Source: Candidatus Micrarchaeia archaeon
GTDB lineage: Bacteria > Chloroflexota > Dormibacteria > Aeolococcales > Bog-877
Direction of reading: 5' to 3'
DNA length: 64,000 bases
NCBI GenBank assembly: GCA_035533215.1
Contig: DATLUG010000042.1
Location: 16,330-80,329, forward strand
The notes under the pieces are model-generated. The model saw only the letters and a program-made list of their open reading frames with translations. It made no database searches and had not been told where the DNA came from. The position numbers and the translations under genes were made by a program. Positions 8,097-17,400 of this stretch are shown piece after piece; the stretch's first letter is position 1; the number at the start of each line of letters is the position of its first letter.

Positions 8097-10358
8097 TCAG
8101 TCCGCCTCGACCCGCCGCCACGGCGCCGACCCCCGCACGACGGTGAGATGGACGCCGTGGAGGGCGGTGCGGCAGTCGGTGCTCCCGTCCGGTCGTCGCC
8201 AGGCGTGCACCCGCAGCCGCCCGGAGCCGATCCGAACGTTCTCCAGCTCCAAGTGCGGGCACCAGGGGGGAAGCGCGGGATCCAGGTACACGACGCCCCT
8301 GGGCACGTCCGGCTCCAGCCCGAGGAGCAGGCGGACCGCGTGGAACACGGCGCCGGCCGCCCACGCCTGGGGGGCGTTGGCGAGCGGGTAGGGGACCGGG
8401 GCATCCGCCCCGCGGCGGCTGAGGCCGGCGAAGAGCTCGGGGAGCCGGGAGCGCTCGAACCCGGTCGCCGCCCCCAGGATCCCGTCGATCAGCCGCCAGC
8501 TGTCGGCGGTGCGGCCGTAGCGGCGCAGGCCGTCGGCCGCGATCAGGGTGTCGTGGGGCCAGACCGAGCCGCGCTGATAGTCGTGGGGGTCGTAGGCGGG
8601 GTGGTCGCGGCTGAGGGTGCGCAGCCCCCACCCGGTGAAGAGGTCGGGTCGGAGCAGCCGCTCCGCGACGCGCTGGCCCCGGTCGGGGTCGAGGATGCCC
8701 ATCCAGAGGCAGTGGCCGGGGTTGGAGGTCGCGGTCATCACCGGTCGCTTGGTCCCGTCCAAAGCGAAGGCCAGCTCGCCGGGGGGGTCCCGCCAGTAGG
8801 CGGCAAGGAAGCGTGCCCGCAGCTCGCGCGCCTCCCGCCGGAGCGCGCCGGCCCGGTCGGGCTCGCCCCAGGCCTCGAAGAGCTCGGCGATGTCGCGCTT
8901 GGCCCCGTAGACGTAGGCTTGCATCTCGCAGGTCCCGATCGGCGGGGGCGGAAGACCGCCCCCCTCGTCGAGGACGCCGTCGTCGGCGTCCCGCCAGCAC
9001 TGGTTGCGATAGCCGCCGGGCGTCCGGCGCTGGTACTCCTGGAAGCCGTCCTGGTCGCGGTCGCCGTGGCGGTCGATCCAGTCCAGGCAGCGCTCGGCGC
9101 TGAGCCGGAACGGCTGCAGCACCGCCGCGTCCCCCAGCCACCGGTGGGCGGCGGCCAGCAGGACCAGGAACAGCGGGGTGGCGTCGGCGGTGCCGTAGTA
9201 GGGGGTGTGGGGAATCTCGCCGAAGTGGGCCCACTCGCCCACCCTGCGCTCGTGGCAGATCTTGCCCGGCTCGGCGTCCCTCGCCGGGTCGTCGAAGGTG
9301 GCCTGCCAGCCAGCGAGCTCCTGCAGGGTCCCGATGGCGAAGAGGGGATGGGCCGCCATCGCCTGCAAGGACGCGATGATCGCGTCCCGCCCGAAGATCG
9401 CCACGAACCACGGGATCCCCGCCGCCGGCAGCCAGACGTCGGGGGAGAAGTCGTGGTGGAAGAGCCGGAGGGCGGCGAAGTCCTCCACCGCCTGGTCGTA
9501 GGCGAGGAGCAGGCGGGGGTCGGCCGGGTTCACCCGCGCCACCGTGCGCTGCCACCGTCGCCGCAGCCGCTCGGCACGGTCGGGCAGCGGGTGACGGAGG
9601 GGGCAGGCGCCCACCCGAGGGCGGCCGCGCAGGCTGGTGAGGCAGTCGACCTGGAGGCAGACATGCCACTCGCCGCCGGGTTCCAGCGCCACCGGGAAGC
9701 GCAGGCTGCCGTTGGCGTAGGCGGCGCCGGCGCTCTCCGGCGCGATGCGCAGGAGGCAGCGCCGGACGAACCCGTCGCGGCGGTAGCGGGTGTCGAGCTG
9801 GGCAGGCGGCCGCCACCCACTCTCCAGGCGGGTGCGGGCCTGCCACTGCTGGGTGCGCACCTCGAAGAGGTCGGCGAAGTCGGTGGCCAGTGCCACGTCC
9901 ACCACCAGCGTCACCGGAGTGCCGCAGTAGCTGTGGAGGGTGAGGTCCTCGTGGAGCCGGTGCTCGCTCATGGTGCGGTCGACCGTGAGCGTCACCCGCC
10001 CGCCCCCGATGGCGTCGGTCGACAGCAGCCAGCGGGCGTGGCGGAAGGAGAGCTGGCTGTAGCCGAGGCACTCCAGGGGGCGGCCGCTGAGGAGGATCCG
10101 GTGGCCGCTCAAGAAGCGGGTGTCGTCCGAGAACAGTCCCTCGGCGCTGGACGCATTGCCGATGGATCCGTCCGCGCCGGCGACCAGGAAGGTCGAGCCG
10201 TGGTTGATGGTGACCGACAGCGGGCCGTGGCCGACACTGACCGGGGCCGGCTGGGGGGGGCCATGAGGAGCCGGCGCCGGGGCCACCGCTGCCGGCACCG
10301 CGCGCGGAACCAGAGGGGGCGACCGCGATGGCTGGGGGGTCTGCTTGGCGAGGCGCAC
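8097..10358 (-). CDS. amylo-alpha-1,6-glucosidase / glycogen debranching enzyme-type protein
   Basis: GDE N-terminal-like region plus a GDE_C-like region (YYGTADATPLFLVLL, GFQEYQRR...GYRNQCWRD, CEMQAYVY, NPGHCLW, GWGLRTLS, YQRGSVWPHDT). Convergent with the GT4 gene. Confidence 0.9.
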   Translation of the reverse strand: MRLAKQTPQPSRSPPLVPRAVPAAVAPAPAPHGPPQPAPVSVGHGPLSVTINHGSTFLVAGADGSIGNASSAEGLFSDDTRFLSGHRILLSGRPLECLGYSQLSFRHARWLLSTDAIGGGRVTLTVDRTMSEHRLHEDLTLHSYCGTPVTLVVDVALATDFADLFEVRTQQWQARTRLESGWRPPAQLDTRYRRDGFVRRCLLRIAPESAGAAYANGSLRFPVALEPGGEWHVCLQVDCLTSLRGRPRVGACPLRHPLPDRAERLRRRWQRTVARVNPADPRLLLAYDQAVEDFAALRLFHHDFSPDVWLPAAGIPWFVAIFGRDAIIASLQAMAAHPLFAIGTLQELAGWQATFDDPARDAEPGKICHERRVGEWAHFGEIPHTPYYGTADATPLFLVLLAAAHRWLGDAAVLQPFRLSAERCLDWIDRHGDRDQDGFQEYQRRTPGGYRNQCWRDADDGVLDEGGGLPPPPIGTCEMQAYVYGAKRDIAELFEAWGEPDRAGALRREARELRARFLAAYWRDPPGELAFALDGTKRPVMTATSNPGHCLWMGILDPDRGQRVAERLLRPDLFTGWGLRTLSRDHPAYDPHDYQRGSVWPHDTLIAADGLRRYGRTADSWRLIDGILGAATGFERSRLPELFAGLSRRGADAPVPYPLANAPQAWAAGAVFHAVRLLLGLEPDVPRGVVYLDPALPPWCPHLELENVRIGSGRLRVHAWRRPDGSTDCRTALHGVHLTVVRGSAPWRRVEAD

Positions 10359-10997
10359 CGCGGGATGGTCGCACGACGGGCCGTCGGCAGGCCGCGCCGG
10401 CCCCTGGGCGTCGGGGCCACGAAGGCCAGATCGGCCAGCCTGACGGAGGCTGAACCGTGGCGCCGGTCCGCCGCCACCAGGTGCCGGGTGGCGGCACGCT
10501 GCACCGCCGGGTGGAGGGTGGCGTCGGTCGGCGGATCGCGGCGATGGGAGCGCAGCGGCTCGATGGCGGCGGGAAGGGCGCGGACGCCTTTCCTGCCGGT
10601 GGCCACCGATCCCACCGGCACTGCGGATCCCCGCCCCGGTCTGGGGATTCTCGCCGGAGGCGGGTCCGGTCGCAGACCGGGGACGGTCTGGTGGCGACGG
10701 GGCGGCCGGGACGGGCCGATGGCGTCAGGGCGCGCCGAGCGCGCTGCGCCGCCGGCTCCGGTGGGCGACCTCGTCCGCGAGCACGAGGCGACGGTGCGGT
10801 CCGACGACGGTGCGCCACCCTTCGGCGTGCCCCCGGCGCCGGAGCCGGAGCGGATCCCGGTCCGGCCCCCAGCCGTCGCCGTCGGCCGCGCCGCCTGTCG
10901 GCCCGGCTGGGTCTGGCACCACCCCCCAGGGGTGGGCCGGTCCGCGCCGATGGGGGCGCGCGATCGGTCGCGACGGTGGCTCCGGGCGCGCCCGCGG

Positions 10998-11026
10998 TTG
11001 CAGCGGGGGGTGCCGCCGACTACAAT
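10998..11026 (+). promoter_or_regulatory. sigma70-like promoter for the DUF5679 gene
   Basis: TTGCAG (10998-11003), a 17-nt spacer, then TACAAT (11021-11026), 55 nt upstream of the ATG. This AT-containing hexamer pair stands out in very GC-rich DNA. Confidence 0.5.
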
Positions 11027-11081
11027 GCGGCCGTTGTCCGGAGGCCGAATTCGGCCTGAGTTGCGTCGGAGGGGTACGAAG

Positions 11082-11231
11082 ATGGCCGTGACCGGGTACT
11101 GCATGAAGTGCAAGCAGACGCGTGAGATCGCCGACGCACAGCCGACCACGCTGAAGAACGGCAAACCGGCGACGACCGGCAAGTGCCCGGTCTGCGGCAC
11201 CAAGATCTTCAAGATCGGCAAGGCGGCCTGA
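11082..11231 (+). CDS. DUF5679-type small zinc-ribbon protein (49 aa)
   Basis: MAVTGYCMKCKQTREIADAQPTTLKNGKPATTGKCPVCGTKIFKIGKAA. GGAGGGG Shine-Dalgarno sequence upstream. Two CxxC pairs. Confidence 0.8.
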   Translation: MAVTGYCMKCKQTREIADAQPTTLKNGKPATTGKCPVCGTKIFKIGKAA

Positions 11232-11433
11232 GACCGACCCGGCCCCGAGCCCGGGCGACGGTCGGACGCACACCCGGCCGCCGCCCCGGCACCGGTGGCA
11301 CCCGGGCGTCGCAGCACCCGAGCGGGGTGGTCGGGCGCTGGGGCCCACCGGCGGTGGTGGTCGCGGGCGACCGTCCGCGACCCGCGTGCCGGGGCCACCG
11401 GCGGCGGCCCGGCGCTCGGGCCGCCGCCGTCGA

Positions 11434-12816
11434 TCAGGTCGGCTGGGGCGCTCGGACGCCGCTGCCGGGACCGGGCGCGGGGACGTCAATCGGCTCCGGC
11501 ACCGGGATCGGGTGGTGGAGTTCGAACACCTCCTCGTTGAAGAGGACGCGGTCGCCGTGCTCCAGCTCGCGCTGCGACATCCGGAGCGGCACCACCAGAC
11601 CGATCAGCTTGAGAATGACGAAGGTCATCGCCCCGTCGTAGGCGGTGACGAAGACGAAGCCGAAGGCCTGGACCAACAGCTGGTGCGGATTGCCGCTGAA
11701 GAGCCCGGCGACGCTGACCCCGGCGCCGCGCACGCCGACGTACACGATCATGGCGGGGTTGGCGATGATTCCGACCAGCAGGCCGCCCACCGCGCCGGCC
11801 ATGTAGTGGGTGTGGATCACCCCCAGGGTGTCGTCGACCTTGCGGAACGGCCACCGCCCGGCCATCGTGTTCATGGTCAGCCACGGAATCGCGGAACCGA
11901 GGAGGCCGACCAGGATGGCCCCGTAGCCATCCACGTAGCCGGCGGCCGGGGTGATCGCCACCAGGCCGCAGATCATCCCGTTGATGGCGCCCACCATCGA
12001 CAGCTTCTTGTTGAACACCATGTCGAAGGAGAACCAGGTGAGCAGCGCCACCGCGGTGGCGAGGTTGGTATTGAGCACGGCCGCCGCGGCGTCCGCGTTG
12101 GCGAAGTAGGGGTCGCCGCCGTTGAAGCCGTTCCAGCCCAGCCACAGGATGCCCGCCCCCACCATCGCCAGCAGCATGTTGTTGGGCTTGAAGTCCTGCT
12201 GGTCCTTGACCGTGCGGGGCCCGATCACCGCCGCCCCCACGAACCCCGAGATGCCGGCGGCGACATGGATCACGTAGCCGCCGCTGTAGTCGACGACGCC
12301 CAGCCCCGCGAGCCAGCCTCCGCCCCAGAGCAGGAAGGCGTTGACGCTGTAGACCAGCACCGACCACAGCGGGACGAACAGCATCCACGCCCGGAAGTTG
12401 ATCCGCCCGAAGAGGGCGCCGGCCAGGATGATGGGGGTGATGGCAGCGAACACGAACTGGAAGTACACCAGCGAGGACTGGGGGAATCGGAAGCTCGGCA
12501 TGAGCCCGTGGAGGAGCGGGATCGCCGCCTGGGCGGTCTCGCCGGCCGAGCTCAGCACCGGCTGCGGGAGACCGACCACGGTCCCGATCCAGGCGTGGCC
12601 GAAGCCCATGTTGAACCCCGCCAGCACCCACACCACCAGCACCGCCGCGAAGGCGTAGAAGGCCATCACCGCCGAGCTGACCGCCCACTTGCGCTTGACC
12701 ACGCCGCCGTAGAGGACGGCCAGGCCCGGGATCGACATCAGACCCACCAGGGTGCCTGCGGTCAGCTGCCAGGCGTTGTCGCCGGGGCTGAGGTAGGTCG
12801 GGGAGGGGATGTACAT
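11434..12816 (-). CDS. amt: ammonium transporter (Amt family)
   Basis: Multi-TM protein with AVLYGGVV, FQFVFAAITPIILAGA and DYSGGYVIHVAAGISGF motifs. ATG at 12816 with an AAGGAG Shine-Dalgarno sequence 8 nt upstream. About 50 aa C-terminal soluble extension. Confidence 0.95.
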   Translation of the reverse strand: MYIPSPTYLSPGDNAWQLTAGTLVGLMSIPGLAVLYGGVVKRKWAVSSAVMAFYAFAAVLVVWVLAGFNMGFGHAWIGTVVGLPQPVLSSAGETAQAAIPLLHGLMPSFRFPQSSLVYFQFVFAAITPIILAGALFGRINFRAWMLFVPLWSVLVYSVNAFLLWGGGWLAGLGVVDYSGGYVIHVAAGISGFVGAAVIGPRTVKDQQDFKPNNMLLAMVGAGILWLGWNGFNGGDPYFANADAAAAVLNTNLATAVALLTWFSFDMVFNKKLSMVGAINGMICGLVAITPAAGYVDGYGAILVGLLGSAIPWLTMNTMAGRWPFRKVDDTLGVIHTHYMAGAVGGLLVGIIANPAMIVYVGVRGAGVSVAGLFSGNPHQLLVQAFGFVFVTAYDGAMTFVILKLIGLVVPLRMSQRELEHGDRVLFNEEVFELHHPIPVPEPIDVPAPGPGSGVRAPQPT

Positions 12817-12909
12817 CTCGGGCGCACTCCTTGTTCCGAAGGGGCGGGCGCCGCTGGGTGGCGCTGGCAGCAATTGTCGAGGCGATGCCGGCGCTCGTCT
12901 TGGTACAAG

Positions 12910-12952
12910 GATCACGAATTGTGGCCCGTGATCCTGGCGAAGCCACACAATT
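12910..12952. promoter_or_regulatory. nested inverted repeats in the gltD-amt intergenic region
   Basis: GATCACG (12910-16) ... CGTGATC (12927-33). AATTGTGGC (12917-25), inside that loop, is complementary to GCCACACAATT (12942-52). This is the most AT-rich patch of the region, ~100 nt upstream of amt. Confidence 0.4.
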
Positions 12953-13018
12953 TAACGGTCCAGATCTTGTAGGTCGTGAGCCCGCGCTGTCGCCCGCCTG
13001 GCCGCCGGGCCGGGCGGC

Positions 13019-14470
13019 TCAGGCCGCCCGGCGGGCCAGGGACCGGTGGACGGCGGCCGCGACGGCGCGCCCGTCGGCGATCGCCGTGACCACCAGCGAC
13101 GCGCCGCGCACGGCGTCGCCGGCGGCGAACACCCCGGGGACCCCGGTGGCGCCGCCGTCGGCGACGATGAGACCGCCGCCGGGGCCGCAGGCGAGGCCCA
13201 GCTCGGCGACCGCCCCGTCCAGCTCCGGACCCTGGAACCCGAGCGCCAGCAGGACCAGGTCTGCGGCGAGGGTGTGGTCCTGGCCCTCGACCGGGTCGAG
13301 CACCACGGCGCCCCCCGGGTGCGGTCGGGGCCGCAGCCGACGCAGACGGACGCCGCCGACCCGGCCGCCGACGCCCTCGAAGGCCACCGTCTCGACCGCG
13401 TATCGTCGACCGCCGCCCTCCTCGTGGGCGGGGCTGGTGCGCAGGATGATCGGCCAGCTCGGCCACGGGTTGCCGGGGGCCCGCTCCCGGGGGGGCTGCG
13501 GACGCAGCTCCAGCTGTTCGACCGCCGTGCAGCCTTCGCGCAGGACGTTGCCGAGGCAGTCGGCGCCGGTGTCGCCACCGCCCAGGATCACCACCCGCTT
13601 GGCGGCGGCGGTGATGGGCAGGTGGTCGCGACGTGGTGGCAGTCCGGCCACCCGGCGGTTCTGCTGGGGCAGGTAGTCCATCGCCAGGTGGATCCCGGCG
13701 AGCCCGCGCCCGGGCACGTCGAGCTCTCGGGCGCGACGCGCGCCGATGGCGAGCACCACGGCGTCGAATCGGCGGCGGAGCGTCGCCACCGGGAGCTGGG
13801 AGCCCACCCGCACCCCGCAGTGGAAGCGCACCCCCTCCCGGCGCAGCTGCAGGAGGCGACGGTCCAGCAGCGACTTGGCGAATTTGAAGTCGGGGATCCC
13901 ATAGCGGAGCAGGCCCCCGGGACGGTCATCCTGCTCGTAGATCGCGACCAGGTGGCCGGCACGCGCCAGCTGTTGCGCCGCCGCCAGCCCCGCCGGCCCC
14001 GACCCCACCACCGCCACTCGCCGTCCGGTCCGGCGCGGCGGGGGCTCGGCGCCCACCCACCCCTCCAGGAAGCCGCGGTCGATGATGGCCCGCTCCACCT
14101 CCTTGATGGCGACCGGCTGGTCGTGGATGGCGAGGACGCAGGCCGCCTCGCACGGGGCCGGGCAGAGACGGCCGGTGAACTCCGGGAAGTTGTTGGTGCG
14201 GTGGAGCCGGTCGCAGGCGCTCCGCCAGTCATCGCGGGTGACCAGAGCGTTCCAGTCCGGGATGAGGTTGTGGAGGGGGCAGGCGTCGTGGCAGAAGGGG
14301 ACGGCGCAGCCCATGCAGCGACTGGCCTGCTGGCGGAGCACCGGCACGGTCAGCTCGCCGTGGACCTCGGCGTAGTCGCGCAGCCGCTCCGCCACCGGGC
14401 GGTCCTGGGGCAGCACCCGGGGATGGTGCAGGAAGGCCAGCGGGTCATGGCCGCCCGAGGAGCCGGTCAC
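13019..14470 (-). CDS. gltD: glutamate synthase small subunit
   Basis: Fe-S cysteines (CMGCAVPFCH), VAVVGSGPAGLAAAQQLARAGH and GGLLRYGIPDFKF. GTGA overlap with the gltB stop. Confidence 0.95.
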   Translation of the reverse strand: MTGSSGGHDPLAFLHHPRVLPQDRPVAERLRDYAEVHGELTVPVLRQQASRCMGCAVPFCHDACPLHNLIPDWNALVTRDDWRSACDRLHRTNNFPEFTGRLCPAPCEAACVLAIHDQPVAIKEVERAIIDRGFLEGWVGAEPPPRRTGRRVAVVGSGPAGLAAAQQLARAGHLVAIYEQDDRPGGLLRYGIPDFKFAKSLLDRRLLQLRREGVRFHCGVRVGSQLPVATLRRRFDAVVLAIGARRARELDVPGRGLAGIHLAMDYLPQQNRRVAGLPPRRDHLPITAAAKRVVILGGGDTGADCLGNVLREGCTAVEQLELRPQPPRERAPGNPWPSWPIILRTSPAHEEGGGRRYAVETVAFEGVGGRVGGVRLRRLRPRPHPGGAVVLDPVEGQDHTLAADLVLLALGFQGPELDGAVAELGLACGPGGGLIVADGGATGVPGVFAAGDAVRGASLVVTAIADGRAVAAAVHRSLARRAA

Positions 14471-17400
14471 GCGACTATCCGCGCCGGTGCCGACGGCGAA
14501 TGTACGGGCAGGTGGTTCGCCGGCGGCGGACGGAACGCCGGCCGCACCGCCACCAGCCGGGCCGCCGCGCGGGGCCAGTCGCGCAGCCAGGCCGCGGCCA
14601 CCGGGCTCCGGGTGAGGTGGTGGTGGCGGCGAAGCAGCTCTCCCACCATCTCCATCTCCTCCGACCGCGCGCCACCGAGCACCACCGACTCGCGGTTGGC
14701 GTGGCGGTGCACCCGTGAGCGGTGGTCGAGCACGAAGGCCACTCCCCCCGTCATTCCGGCGCCGAAGTTGCGGCCCACCATCCCCAGCACCAGCACCATC
14801 CCGCCGGTCATGTACTCGCAGCCGTGGTCGCCGATCCCCTCCACCACCGCGGTCGCGCCGCTGTTGCGGACGCCGAACCGCTCGCCCGCCTGGCCGCGGA
14901 AGTAGGCCTCACCCGCCGTCGCGCCGTAGAGAACGACGTTGCCGACGATGACGTTGTCCTCGGCGGCGTAGCCGGCAGCGGCGGGCGGCCGCACCACCAG
15001 CCGGCCGCCGCTCAGACCCTTGCCGACGTAGTCGTTGGCGGCTCCTCGGCAGACCAGGGTGACTCCCGGGGCCAGCCAGGCTCCCAGGCTCTGGCCGGCG
15101 ACGCCGCTCAGGTGGATGCGCAGGGTGTCGGGCGGGAGCCCGCCGCCGCCATGACGGCGGGCCACCTCGCCGCTCAGGCGCGACCCCACCGCCCGGTCCC
15201 GGTTGCGGACGGCGGCGCGGACGGTGGCCGGTGCGCCGTCGACGAGCGCATTCCCGGCCCCGCGCTGCAGGCGCAGGTCGAGGGCGGTGTGGAGCTGGTG
15301 ATCCTGCGCTCGGGTGCGGCGGCGCTGGCCGCTCGCGGTCGGCAGCGCGGCCCGGATGGCCGCGGAGGGCTGCGGCGGGTGCAGCAGCCCACGCAGATCG
15401 ACCCGCGCCGCCTTCCACGGCCGGACCCTGCCGCCCGGCCGGAGCCGGTCCACCCGGCCGACCATCTGGTCCATGCTCACGAAGCCGAGCCGGGCCATCC
15501 ACCTGCGCACATCTGCCCCCACCAGCATGAAGAACCGCACCACGTGCTCGGGGGTGCCGCCGAACCGCCGACGCAGCACCGGGTCCTGGGTGGCGACGCC
15601 CACCGGGCAGGTGTTGAGGTGGCAGACGCGCATCAGGACGCAGCCGCTGGCGACCAGGGCGGCGGTGGCGAAGCCGAACTCCTCGGCGCCGAGCAGGCAC
15701 GCGATGACGACGTCGCGGCCGGTCTTGAGGCCGCCGTCGGTCTGCAGGGTGACCCGATCGCGCAGTCCCTGGCGCACCAGCGTCTGCTGGGTCTCGGCGA
15801 GGCCGAGCTCCCAGGGAACACCGGCGTGCTTGATCGACGACAGGGGTGCCGCGCCGGTGCCACCGTCGTATCCGGAGATGGTGATGTGGTCGGCGCGCGC
15901 CTTGGCGACTCCGGCGGCCACCGTCCCGACCCCCGCCTCCGCCACCAGCTTCACGCTCACCCGGGCATCGGGATTGGCCTGCTTGAGGTCCCAGATCAGC
16001 TGGGCGAGATCCTCGATGGAGTAGATGTCGTGGTGGGGGGGCGGGGAGATCAGCTCGACGCCGGGGGTCGACCGGCGCACCCGGGCGATGACGGCGTCCA
16101 CCTTGTGCCCGGGGAGCTGGCCGCCCTCGCCCGGCTTGGCCCCCTGGGCGATCTTGATCTGGAGGTCATCGGCGTTGACGAGGTAGTCCACCGTCACCCC
16201 GAATCGCGCCGAGGCCACCTGCTTCACCGCGCTGCGGCGAGAGTCGCCGCCCGGCTGGGGCCGGAAGCGTGCGTCGTCCTCGCCGCCCTCGCCCGTGTTG
16301 CTGCGGGCCCCCATCCGGTTCATCGCCACGGCCAAGGTCTCGTGCGCCTCCGTGCTGAGCGAGCCGAGCGACATCGCCCCGGTGGCGAACCGCCGCACGA
16401 TCGCCTCCACCGGTTCCACCGTGTCGAGCGGGATCGCGACCGCCGGGGCGGGTTCGAGCAGGTGCCGCAGCGTCACCGGCGGCTCGTCCTCCCCGTCGGC
16501 GAGCCGGCAGTAGTCCGCAAAGCGCTGGTCGTCGGCGGTGCGGACCGCGTGCTGCAGCGCTGCCACCGTGGCCGCCGTCCACCCGTGCGGCTCGCCGCCA
16601 GTGCGCCAGCGGTGGCTGCTGCCGAGCTGCGGCGGACGGGCGGTGTCGGGGCCGGGATACGCGTCGCGGTGGCGGATCAGGGTCTCCTCCGCCAGCACCG
16701 CCAGGGTGGCGCCGCCGAGGCGGGCGGGGGTGCCGGGCCAGCAGCGGTCGACCACCGTCTGGTCGACGCCGACCGCCTCCATCACCTGGGCTCCGCAGTA
16801 GCCGGCGAGGGTGGAGATGCCCATCTTGGACATCACCTTGCCGATGCCCTCGGTGAAGGTCGCGATCATCCGCAGCGCCCCATCGGCGCCGGAAAGTGCG
16901 GCGGCGGTCTCCAGCGCCAGCCGCGGGTGGACCGCCTCGGCTCCCTGGCCCAACAGGCAGGCGAGATGGTGGACGCTCCTGGGCTCGTCGGACTCCACCA
17001 GCAGGCTGAGCTTGGCCCTGGTTCCCGATCTGACGAGATGGTGGTGGACGGCCCCCACCGCCAGCAGCATCGGCGCCGGGGCCAGGTGCTCGCCGGCGGT
17101 CGCATCGCTCAGCACCAGCAGCCGCACCCCGTCCCGGATCGCGGCGTCGGCCCCGGCGCAGAGGCGGGCCAGGGCCCGGTCCAGACCGCGAGCGCCGCGA
17201 GCGGCCGGAAAGACCGCGGCGAGGGTCCGCGAGCGCAGTCCGAGCGGCTGCGTCGCGCGGACCCAGCGGAGCTCGGACGCGGTCAGGACGGGACGCTCGG
17301 TCCGCAGACGGCAGATGGCCTGGGGACGGGGATCGAGCAGGTCGCCACCGCCGCCGAGCTCCATCGCCAGCGACATCATGCAGCGCTCGCGGATGGGGTC

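Noticed and set aside
7431-11081. Plus-strand 1266-aa ORF 7431..11231 and minus-strand 1053-aa ORF 7657..10818.
   Set aside because: They are off-frame or antisense to the GT4 and debranching-enzyme genes. Only the final 49 codons of the plus ORF (the DUF5679 gene) are real. The in-frame continuity is due to the lack of stops.
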